DNA of 64,000 nt, from assembly GCA_964404925.1 (NCBI GenBank), contig CAYOLW010000001.1, forward strand, positions 105,408 to 169,407, in the 5' to 3' direction. Every line of letters starts with the position of its first letter. The stretch's first letter is position 1. Origin of the DNA: an uncultured Candidatus Saccharibacteria bacterium (GTDB lineage: Bacteria > Patescibacteriota > Minisyncoccia > Phycocordibacterales > UBA9973). Shown piece after piece: positions 49,533 to 57,821 of this stretch. The translations under genes and the position numbers were made by a program. Below the pieces are notes generated by a model. The model made no database searches and was not told the DNA's origin. It saw only the letters and a program-made list of their open reading frames with translations.

Positions 49533-50933
49533 TTAATTAGATTTAATTATTAAAGTATTTTTTACTTCTTTAAAAATAGCCAACATATCATCACTTAAAA
49601 TTAAATTTATGAACTTCTTTTTGTCTTCTTCAGATAAGTTTGGTAAATCGTCAATTTTCCAAGCTTCAAAACCTTCTGCTTTACCTTCTTCAACTTTTAG
49701 ATCTGAGATAGGACCTTCATAAAGATAGGCATACTGGCTACGGATTGTGTTATTAGTAAGTTTAGTTACCTCATCAAAACTTTCCTTTCTCATTTTTCTT
49801 AGAAAAGTTAGCTTTGAAAGATCAATATCAATACCTGTTTCTTCTTTGCATTCTTTTACAGCGGTTTCTTCATATGACATTTTGGGTTCAACGTGTCCTC
49901 CAACAGTAGCGTCTAATTTATCAGGATAGGTATCTTTGTTTTTTGCTCTATGTTGAAAAATAATCTCTCCTTGAGGCGTAATAAACCAGATATGTATTTC
50001 CCGATGGAGAAGTCCGTCTTTGTGTATTTTTGAACGAGTTTGAAGACCCACTACTTTATCATCCTCATCAATTACCTCAAGGATTTCTTGGTATTTATAA
50101 TTTGATATTGAGTAGTGTTCTTTTAACCACTCAGTATACCCATCAACCTTTTTTGTTTTCAGATGTTGCAATATTTCTTTACCAGCAACAGAAATTGCAT
50201 AAAAAGTAGGTATTCTTAAATCTGCATTATTTTCTATGATTGGTTCAAAAACAATTTGCTCATCAAAGTAATCAATTATATACGGTAAGCCATCAGGGTT
50301 AGATATATTTCTAGTCATATCGTTTGGTAAAAATAAGCCTAAACTTTGCAGTGCTTGGAGACTACCAAAATGTAAACCTAATCCAGACATCATTTCTTTA
50401 ACATTTTCACTGCCACTGAATAAATCTTTTGGAAGTTGCTCATTATTTAACAATAGCCCAGATATTTTTTCAAAAAGCTCTAGTTCTTTTTTACCTATGG
50501 ATTTTAATGTTTGCAAAGTGCTCATTGAATAAGTTTCAGGATTGTTGTATTCTCCAGCGATTATTTTTGCAATCAAATCTTGAACCTCTTCATTTGAAAC
50601 TTCTTTTGCGTGTTCAAGAAGTCCCCAGAAGACGTCATTGTCATCTTTTATATTATTTTCAGAACTCGTAATCAAGTCTTTGGTTTTAAGTAAAGCATTA
50701 CCCAAGTTGGCATATTGGCGACCCATTTTTTGAGCTTCCGCTTGTAACCAAAAAGGTTTTTCTAAAAGTTCCCATTTTGTTTTAACCTTGTCAGCTTCAA
50801 TATCTCCCTCAGCTTCAAAAACTTTTATGGATTTACCTGTATACTTTGTAATTACAAAATCAACAAACTTATCAGCCACCTTTGTTAAGGTCGCTTTTCC
50901 TAGATCTTTTAATGGTTGAGGTAAATCGCTCAT
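49533..50933 (-). CDS. DUF2806-like domain fused to a C-terminal NUDIX hydrolase
   Basis: AKEVSNEEVQDLIAKIIAGEYNNPETYSMSTL; Nudix box GGHVEPKMSYEETAVKECKEETGI; start trimmed to ATG 50933. Confidence 0.8.
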   Translation of the reverse strand: MSDLPQPLKDLGKATLTKVADKFVDFVITKYTGKSIKVFEAEGDIEADKVKTKWELLEKPFWLQAEAQKMGRQYANLGNALLKTKDLITSSENNIKDDNDVFWGLLEHAKEVSNEEVQDLIAKIIAGEYNNPETYSMSTLQTLKSIGKKELELFEKISGLLLNNEQLPKDLFSGSENVKEMMSGLGLHFGSLQALQSLGLFLPNDMTRNISNPDGLPYIIDYFDEQIVFEPIIENNADLRIPTFYAISVAGKEILQHLKTKKVDGYTEWLKEHYSISNYKYQEILEVIDEDDKVVGLQTRSKIHKDGLLHREIHIWFITPQGEIIFQHRAKNKDTYPDKLDATVGGHVEPKMSYEETAVKECKEETGIDIDLSKLTFLRKMRKESFDEVTKLTNNTIRSQYAYLYEGPISDLKVEEGKAEGFEAWKIDDLPNLSEEDKKKFINLILSDDMLAIFKEVKNTLIIKSN

Positions 50934-50998
50934 AATTGCTATTCTAACATTTTTAAGATTAAAAAATAAGTCTAAAAATGGTATAATTAGGTGTATAA

Positions 50999-51370
50999 AT
51001 GGTGGAAAAAACATATAACTTTAATAATCTTAAAATCCGATCAAAAGCTATTGCAAAAGCTCGTATTTCAACTCGTCCAAAGACATATAACTCTAAGAAA
51101 AAACGCTTGGAAGACATACAAAGAGAACTGATAAAATCAGAACTTATAAAAGAAGGATTTTTAGACCAATTAAAGCCACATATGCCAAAAATAACAGAGG
51201 CTGTTATTCAGAGTGCTTGTGATCCAAGCTCTAAGGGTACAAGTGACAGGAGAATTATATTTCAAGCGGTTGGTATTTTAGGAAAAGATACTCAAGTAGA
51301 GCCAAGCCAGACAATAGCGGATGTGTTAGCTGAGATTTTTAGTGAAGAAGTAGTAAACAGTAAAAGCTAG
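50999..51370 (+). CDS. Hypothetical protein with basic N-terminus (weakly small-terminase-like)
   Basis: ATG ORF; basic N-terminus followed by a helical pattern; family uncertain. Confidence 0.5.
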   Translation: MVEKTYNFNNLKIRSKAIAKARISTRPKTYNSKKKRLEDIQRELIKSELIKEGFLDQLKPHMPKITEAVIQSACDPSSKGTSDRRIIFQAVGILGKDTQVEPSQTIADVLAEIFSEEVVNSKS

Positions 51371-51418
51371 GAAAATCTAGGGAATTATAAATATATCCCT
51401 TGATATGCTATAGGTAGT

Positions 51419-51604
51419 CTATGTTTTTTCTTTATTAGAAGTTATTTTGTAATAATTTGGAAATAGAACTTTAACTTTGTCTTTTTTAGTGGCTAATTTA
51501 GCCAAAAATGGCTTCATAACGAGCTTTGGACGCTCAGATATAGATTTGTTCCATAACCACTTTTTATAGCTATTTATGACTATTTTACTTAAGAAACTAG
51601 TCAT
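51419..51604 (-). CDS. Small basic hypothetical protein
   Basis: ATG 51604 lies 4 nt after the stop of the upstream gene. Confidence 0.35.
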   Translation of the reverse strand: MTSFLSKIVINSYKKWLWNKSISERPKLVMKPFLAKLATKKDKVKVLFPNYYKITSNKEKT

Positions 51605-51608
51605 ACGA

Positions 51609-52007
51609 CTATTTCTTAGATCTAAGCTTTTCAACTTTATAAGCTTTATATAAGAAAAATACGGTAAGCCCAGTAAAAAAGATTATAAAGTAAAGGATAT
51701 CTGGACTACTTGAAAAGTCACCATTTATATCTCTTCTACTTTCAACATATCTAGCTAAAATAATAAAACCTAAAATAATAGAATATATTTTTGTTGTGAT
51801 AACCAAACCAACACTAGCTTTCTTGATAAGTAGGTAAGAAAATATAAATCCTAAAATAGTAAAGACTAAAGGTGCAGCTAAGGATAAGAGTATTAAAAAA
51901 ATAGCTGCAACACCTCTGTTTGTTTTGTGCCATTTAAGACTTTTGTATTGTTCTACTTGCTTTATAAAAGAACTTTCTTTTTGCTTGATTTCTTCAGTTG
52001 TGATCAT
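51609..52007 (-). CDS. Small multi-pass membrane protein
   Basis: Three to four hydrophobic segments. Confidence 0.65.
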   Translation of the reverse strand: MITTEEIKQKESSFIKQVEQYKSLKWHKTNRGVAAIFLILLSLAAPLVFTILGFIFSYLLIKKASVGLVITTKIYSIILGFIILARYVESRRDINGDFSSSPDILYFIIFFTGLTVFFLYKAYKVEKLRSKK

Positions 52008-52018
52008 ATTTTTTGTAT

Positions 52019-52195
52019 AAAAAATAGGCTAATAATTTAGCCTATAAACAAATATAGGCAACCCAGTGGGTGCTCACAAAACCAATAGACAAGCTACTGA
52101 TTATGCTTCCCACATAGGTCGCCTATGCTTGGCACAATCAGTAACTAACCCTTTTTAAGGGTTCGCTTGATGTCTTTTTATTGGTTTTGTGAGCA
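52019..52195 (-). ncRNA. Structured RNA or attenuator leader with possible pseudoknot
   Basis: 17-bp perfect stem 52071-52087/52179-52195 with nested stems; extended -10 at 52201-52209; terminator hairpin 52024-52045 with T-run on the minus strand. Confidence 0.65.
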
Positions 52196-52470
52196 AGTTA
52201 ATGATAACATAATTTGATTTTATTTTTAAGTTATAAATGTTATAATGTACCTAACTAGAGATTTTCTAGTTAGGTCTGACACAACCTTAAGCTCAAAAAA
52301 GACACTTTTTAATTTTTACAATAGTCTTGAGAGTAATAATGTGATTAAGCTAGTTTTGAAACATAAAAATGTACCCACTAGTTAAAAGAAAGCTAGCCGA
52401 GTTGTATGCTTTATTTATGTTAGAAAATGCACAAAGTAGCTTAGTGTGAAGTTGCAACTTATCACCTCGT

Positions 52471-52631
52471 GATATTTCCAATCAAGTACACAGAGTAAAT
52501 AAATAAATCCTCCTGCCTCTTACAGGAAATCCTTGAAGATAGTATCTCCAAGCCGATTAAGGGTTTATTTGCCACTCTGTCTAGCTGATTAGACGTATCG
52601 CAAAGACACAGCCTTTATGGGCTGTTTTTTT
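52471..52631 (+). ncRNA. Branched structured RNA ending in an intrinsic terminator
   Basis: Nested pairs aatca/tgatt, acagagt/actctgt, aaataaatcct/agggtttattt; two inner hairpins; acagcct/gggctgt plus T-run. Confidence 0.55.
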
Positions 52632-52672
52632 GTTTTATTAGGTGTCACACAAACCCACTATGCCAAACTAAA

Positions 52673-52831
52673 ATGACATTAGAGGAGTTTAAAAAACATT
52701 TTAAAAACAAAAATGTAAATGATGAGCGTATAAAAGAAATACGCGATTATTTGTATGCAATTTCAAGAGAAATTGTCTTAAACAATTTAAACGAATACGA
52801 AAAACAGATAAAAGAAAAAGGTGTAAAGTAG
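52673..52831 (+). CDS. 52-aa protein directly upstream of the recombinase (possible accessory or directionality factor)
   Basis: MTLEEFKKHFKNKNVNDERIKEIRDYLYAISREIVLNNLNEYEKQIKEKGVK; ends 12 nt before the recombinase start. Confidence 0.55.
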   Translation: MTLEEFKKHFKNKNVNDERIKEIRDYLYAISREIVLNNLNEYEKQIKEKGVK

Positions 52832-52843
52832 TATAATGAATAT

Positions 52844-54490
52844 ATGAGTAAGCATAAAAAAACTATTGTTAAAAACCCAAAACAGCAATTTTCTCTTGAT
52901 GGATATGTAGGTTTGCCTTATTTACGTGTTTCAAGTAAGAGACAAGAAATTGAGGGTACTGGCTTACAAAGCCAAGAAAAAAGATGTTTAATGGAGCTTT
53001 CTAATATAGGTATTCCTCACGAGAAAAGTTTTTTTGATAGCTATACAGGGGGTGGGGATTTTATGAACCGACCAGCAATGAGATCTTTACTTGCGTATGT
53101 TGATGCGCATCCTCATAAAAAGTTTGTAGTCATTTTTGATGATTTAAAAAGATTTGCTAGAGATACCGAATTCCACTTAAAGCTTAGACTGGCTTTTAAA
53201 AATAGAGGTATAGTTCCAAAATGTTTAAACTATAATTTTGACGACAGTCCAGAAGGGATGTTTGTTGAAACTGTTTTGGCTGCATCAAATGAATTAGAAA
53301 GAAAACAAAACGCTAGACAGGTAGTGCAGAAACAAAAAGCACGACTTGAGGCTGGGTATCGCGCGTTTCCGTCTGTTAAAGGGTACACAAGAGTAAAAGA
53401 TCCTATTCACGGAAAGATTGATATTCAGAACGAACTTGCTATATATGTAAAAGAAGCTTTAGAAGGATTTGCAAGTATGCGTTTTGTTCACAAAATTGAT
53501 GGGGCTAAGTTCTTACAAGAAAAAGGAGTAATAAGTAAAAAACAAAATGCTGATAAAGCAATTTCTACTTTTGATAAGATGCTAAGAGAAGTCTTCTATG
53601 CTGGATACATAGAATACGAGCCTTGGGAGGTAAATAGAAGGGTTGGACACCATAAGAGCTTGATTGGTCTTGATACTTTTAATAAAAACCAAAATAGGCT
53701 GATTAAAAACGCAGTTTCTTTTACTAGGCAAGATATACGAGAAGGGTTTGAGTTAAGGGGATTAATAAACTGTGCATACTGTAATAAAAAGTATACTGGT
53801 GGACCTTCAACTGGTAGGAGTGGTAAAAAATATAATCTATATAAATGCCCAACAGTAGGCTGTGAAAGATATGGTAAAAGTATAAGTACAAAAATTGTTC
53901 ACACGCATTTTGAAGACTTATTAAAAAATATAAAACCGTGCGAAGAAATAATTGATCTAGCTAAGAGTGTTTTTGAAGAAGTGTGGAACGAGGAAATTAA
54001 AAACAGATCAAGCCTGCATAGTTCAATCATTAAGCATAAAAATGATTTAGAAAATGATATCTCAACTTTTACTGACAGAATATCAAAAGCAGTAGAAACA
54101 GGGGCAAGTGAACTTGTAATAAAACAATATGAAAAGCAAATACATAAAATTGCCACTGAATTAGAAGATCTTGAAGAAAACATAAGCTTAGCGTATGACT
54201 ACAGTATTCCTTATAGAACCGCTAGTGAAGAAGTGTTAGGTGTGTTAAAAAGCCCTTATGCTGTATGGAAAAATTACAATCCAGCACAAAAACAAAGGTT
54301 CTTCTCTTTTATATTTGAGACTAATTTAATTTATAGTAAAGAAGAGGGTTATAGAACACCAAGTTATTCTTTACCTATAAGGATATTTGAGGAAATAAGT
54401 ACCTCAAAACCCCTTGATGTGGAACTGGGGGGAATTGAACCCCCGTGCAGAAAGTGTGTGCCAAGAAATCTACATGTGTATTTTGTTTAA
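52844..54490 (+). CDS. Large serine recombinase (integrase)
   Basis: YLRVSS catalytic motif, RPAM, DDLKRFAR, recombinase domain, CAYC...YKC...C zinc ribbon, coiled coil; last 23 residues are antisense to tmRNA. Confidence 0.93.
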   Translation: MSKHKKTIVKNPKQQFSLDGYVGLPYLRVSSKRQEIEGTGLQSQEKRCLMELSNIGIPHEKSFFDSYTGGGDFMNRPAMRSLLAYVDAHPHKKFVVIFDDLKRFARDTEFHLKLRLAFKNRGIVPKCLNYNFDDSPEGMFVETVLAASNELERKQNARQVVQKQKARLEAGYRAFPSVKGYTRVKDPIHGKIDIQNELAIYVKEALEGFASMRFVHKIDGAKFLQEKGVISKKQNADKAISTFDKMLREVFYAGYIEYEPWEVNRRVGHHKSLIGLDTFNKNQNRLIKNAVSFTRQDIREGFELRGLINCAYCNKKYTGGPSTGRSGKKYNLYKCPTVGCERYGKSISTKIVHTHFEDLLKNIKPCEEIIDLAKSVFEEVWNEEIKNRSSLHSSIIKHKNDLENDISTFTDRISKAVETGASELVIKQYEKQIHKIATELEDLEENISLAYDYSIPYRTASEEVLGVLKSPYAVWKNYNPAQKQRFFSFIFETNLIYSKEEGYRTPSYSLPIRIFEEISTSKPLDVELGGIEPPCRKCVPRNLHVYFV

Positions 54491-54812
54491 AGTTTTAAAC
54501 TCATAGATTATTAAACGAACAAAATATCTTTGAGTCGATTCCTAAGTTTTCGTGAGTTGTGCGGACGGGCAACTCCTTATTCCGATAATATTACACCTTA
54601 ACCCATGCATCGGAAGTCGATGGGCAAGACGCCAGATTCGACTAAGCGAAAGCTGGAGCAAAAGCGAAATCCTTCATACCGAAGTATGGAGATTTCATTC
54701 CTGCCTTAGATGCTAATTTTGCAATTAGACTTTGAACGCTTATTAACGAGCATGCGTTCATCCTCGACATGCATCAAGACACGACGGCTTACTGTCTATG
54801 CCTGGCAGTCCC
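54420..54812 (-). ncRNA. ssrA: Transfer-messenger RNA
   Basis: GGGACUG/CAGUUCC-A acceptor stem with G3:U, T-arm GGGGG-UUCAAUU-CCCCC, internal tag ORF ending FAFAPAFA*, directly downstream of smpB. Confidence 0.92.
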
Positions 54813-54831
54813 ATATTTTTTTCTCAATGTT

Positions 54832-55281
54832 CTACCTCTTATACTGACGGCGAATGTCTATATCCGTTTCACGTTTCTTGATAGTCTCGCGTTTATCGAA
54901 CTTCTTTTTACCGCGAGCAACCGCAATTTCTAATTTAACTTTGCGGTTTTTACTATACAACGAAAGTGGCACTATCGTCAAACTTTTGTTTGCTTCTGTT
55001 TCAGATAATTCTTTGATTTCTTTTTTGGTTAAAAGTAGCTTACGATTACGCAATGGATCATATCCCTGTGGTGCATTGATTTCTTGGTAAGGTTGTATAT
55101 TAGCATTGATTATAAAAGCTTCTCCTCCGCGAATAATGACAAAAGCACCCAAGAGGGATACCTTGCCTGCGCGGATGGCTTTAACCTCGGTGCCGATTAG
55201 TTCGATACCGCATTCGTATTTTTCCTGTATTTCATAGTCAAACCAGGCTTTTTTGTTTTCAGCATATACTGCCATAGTCAT
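54832..55281 (-). CDS. smpB: SsrA-binding protein
   Basis: NKKA, GIELIGTEVK, RKLLL, GKKKFDKRE. Confidence 0.97.
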   Translation of the reverse strand: MTMAVYAENKKAWFDYEIQEKYECGIELIGTEVKAIRAGKVSLLGAFVIIRGGEAFIINANIQPYQEINAPQGYDPLRNRKLLLTKKEIKELSETEANKSLTIVPLSLYSKNRKVKLEIAVARGKKKFDKRETIKKRETDIDIRRQYKR

Positions 55282-55350
55282 ATTTTAACACAAAGAATCG
55301 CACTACTAAATAATTTTCTAAAAGTTGATTTTGTTTGATATAATTATTAT

Positions 55351-55755
55351 ATGAGTTTTTTCAAATTTGAAGGTAAAAATACAATAAAGGAAGGAGAAGA
55401 ACACACACCTATTAATGAGATTTTATCTTATGGAGTAATGAAAGATAACTTACATATACATTTAATTCCAACTTATTCTTTTAGCCGACAGGATAAAGTA
55501 GATTACCTGCGTTCGGGGATTGTCCCTAATAATTTAATTGATGGTCTGAAAAAGTTGGCTATTATTGTGCAAGGCGATAATAAGATTAAAAAAATATCAG
55601 CCACATCTCCCGTTGTTTCTAATCATCCAGAAATTTTTGAAAAATTAGGTTTTAAGTATCATGGAAAAGTTGAATACAAACAGTATAACAATCTTGGTTA
55701 TGCGGAAATTTCTAGAGAGGATTTTTTAAAAAAATATTGTTTAGAACAACAATAG
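55351..55755 (+). CDS. Hypothetical protein
   Basis: ATG ORF after TATAAT; FEKLGF suggests a GNAT-like fold (weak). Confidence 0.6.
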   Translation: MSFFKFEGKNTIKEGEEHTPINEILSYGVMKDNLHIHLIPTYSFSRQDKVDYLRSGIVPNNLIDGLKKLAIIVQGDNKIKKISATSPVVSNHPEIFEKLGFKYHGKVEYKQYNNLGYAEISREDFLKKYCLEQQ

Positions 55756-55792
55756 AATTCCAATTCTTGTTTTTTTGTGTTAACATTTCCAC

Positions 55793-57700
55793 ATGGAATT
55801 TAAATTTTTAAACCAAGAAGAATCAAAAGAAAAAGGAAAAGGGAAGAAGAAGCCTAATGAGCCCAAGTTTATGGGTAGCATTGCTTCCACTGTCCTGATT
55901 TTCATGATTTTAACTGCATTATACCTAGTACTATCTGGTTCTGGTGCGGAAAAAACAACTCAAGTACCCATCTCGGCTGTTGCCGGTGAGGTCGCCGCAG
56001 GACAGGTGCAGGGAATAGTGGTTGAAGGCGAATCCCTCAAAGTTTCCTTAAACGACGGTTCTATTCAAGAATCTAAAAAAGAAGCCGAGGCTTCACTTTC
56101 AGAAACATTATCTAATTATGGAGTTACCAGAGAAGAACTATCAAAAGTAAAAATTGAAATCAAAAATGAATCCGGATGGGGATTCTGGCTCGGCAATATT
56201 CTGCCTTTTGCTTTGCCGATAATATTTATTGTCTTTTTCTTCTGGTACATGTCTCGCAGTGTGAAGGGTGCTGGTATGCAAGCGTTTACCTTCGGCCAAT
56301 CCAAGGCTCGCATAACGGATCCGGATGATAAAAATAATCGAGTAACTTTCAAAGACGTGGCTGGCTGCAAAGAAGCTAAAGAAGAATTAAAAGAAATCGT
56401 AGACTTCCTGAAAAGTCCAAAAAAGTTCCTAGATATTGGCGCCCGTATTCCCAAGGGTGTGATTCTAACTGGTGGCCCAGGTACTGGTAAAACATTGCTT
56501 GCCCGCGCTGTAGCGGGGGAGGCATCGGTTCCATTCTTTCATTTGTCTGGTTCTGAATTCGTAGAAATGTTCGTGGGTGTGGGTGCATCTCGAGTACGCG
56601 ATTTGTTCAAGATGGCTAAGAGGTCAGCCCCAGCAATAATATTCGTCGACGAAATAGACGCTATTGGACGTACTCGTGGAGGGGGATTCGGTGGAGGAAA
56701 CGACGAACGCGAGCAGACCCTAAACCAAATATTGGTTGAAATGGATGGATTTGAACCCAATGACAAGGTGATAGTGATGGCCGCTACCAACAGACCGGAT
56801 GTTCTCGACCCGGCGCTTGTGCGCCCAGGACGTTTTGACCGCAAAGTAATACTTGATTTACCGGACCGTGCTGACCGTGAAGCTATACTTGGAATTCATG
56901 CACTTAAAAAGCCTTTGGCTGAAGATATAAATTTGAAATTAATTGCTGAGCGTACTCCGGGGTTCTCGGGCGCGGATTTGTATTCTGTGATGAACGAAGG
57001 TGCTATTTTAGCCGCTCGCGAGAACAGGAAAAAGGTTTCTCAATTTGACTTAATTCGTGCAATTGAAAAGGTGATGCTGGGCCCTGAGAGAAAGAGTCAT
57101 CTACTCAGTGATATGGAAAAGAAAATCACTGCCTACCATGAGGCCGGCCATGCATTGGTTGCCTCTGTGCTGCCGTATGCAGATCCAGTGCACAAGGTTT
57201 CTATTGTAGCTCGTGGTTCAGCTGGTGGATATACGCTGAAGCTTCCACTCGAAGATCGCAAACTACAATCTAAAAAAGAATTCCTAGACGACATCGCAAT
57301 GTCTTTGGGTGGTTATGTGGTGGAAAAAATGATTTTCGGCGATGTGACTACCGGCCCTTCTTCTGATCTACAAGTAGCTTCCAACTTAGCTCGCGCTATG
57401 GTTACCCGCTGGGGTATGTCGGATTTGATTGGTCCAGTGGCTCTTTCCGAAGGTAGCAAGAATCCATGGTCTGATCACACAGACAAAGAGTACTCCGAAG
57501 CATTGGCGGAGAAAGTTGACTCTGAAGTTTCTAAGATTATCCAAGGAGGGCTCCAGTCTGCAGAGCAGGTTGTAAATGATAATCGCAAGGCTCTGGATGC
57601 GATAGCCGCGAAACTAATTGAAGTTGAAACCCTAGAACAAGAAGAATACGAAAAGATAATTATTGCCCACGGAATATTACCAAAGAAAAAAGCCGAGTAA
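55793..57700 (+). CDS. ftsH: ATP-dependent zinc metalloprotease FtsH
   Basis: Two TM helices, GTGKT, DEID, RPGRFDR, HEAGH. Confidence 0.98.
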   Translation: MEFKFLNQEESKEKGKGKKKPNEPKFMGSIASTVLIFMILTALYLVLSGSGAEKTTQVPISAVAGEVAAGQVQGIVVEGESLKVSLNDGSIQESKKEAEASLSETLSNYGVTREELSKVKIEIKNESGWGFWLGNILPFALPIIFIVFFFWYMSRSVKGAGMQAFTFGQSKARITDPDDKNNRVTFKDVAGCKEAKEELKEIVDFLKSPKKFLDIGARIPKGVILTGGPGTGKTLLARAVAGEASVPFFHLSGSEFVEMFVGVGASRVRDLFKMAKRSAPAIIFVDEIDAIGRTRGGGFGGGNDEREQTLNQILVEMDGFEPNDKVIVMAATNRPDVLDPALVRPGRFDRKVILDLPDRADREAILGIHALKKPLAEDINLKLIAERTPGFSGADLYSVMNEGAILAARENRKKVSQFDLIRAIEKVMLGPERKSHLLSDMEKKITAYHEAGHALVASVLPYADPVHKVSIVARGSAGGYTLKLPLEDRKLQSKKEFLDDIAMSLGGYVVEKMIFGDVTTGPSSDLQVASNLARAMVTRWGMSDLIGPVALSEGSKNPWSDHTDKEYSEALAEKVDSEVSKIIQGGLQSAEQVVNDNRKALDAIAAKLIEVETLEQEEYEKIIIAHGILPKKKAE

Positions 57701-57721
57701 TCGGCTTTTTTCTTTCTATTG

Positions 57722-57795
57722 TCCACCCTCATGGATTCGAACCATGGACCCCAGAGGTATAAGCTCTGTGCTCTAACCAACTGAGCTAAGGGTGG
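57722..57795 (-). tRNA. tRNA-Ile(UAU)
   Basis: Cloverleaf CCACCCU/AGGGUGG-A; anticodon arm CAGAG-CU UAU AC-CUCUG; T-loop GUUCGAAUC. Confidence 0.92.
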
Positions 57796-57821
57796 AAGAG
57801 TAAGTAATTTATACTACAAAT

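Larger units (their letters stand above)
48072..54423. mobile_element. Integrative element at the tmRNA 3' end, serine-recombinase type
   Basis: Bounded by TGTGGA at 48072-48077 and 54418-54423 (ttgttgtgga vs ttgatgtgga); recombinase overlaps the ssrA 3' end; visibly AT-rich cargo. Confidence 0.75.

Noticed and set aside
52245-52385. 46-codon ORF in the island control region
   Set aside because: Its ATG overlaps the predicted -10 box and the peptide has no features; the region reads better as non-coding.
57475-57780. Minus-strand 101-aa ORF
   Set aside because: It overlaps tRNA-Ile and is antisense to ftsH.
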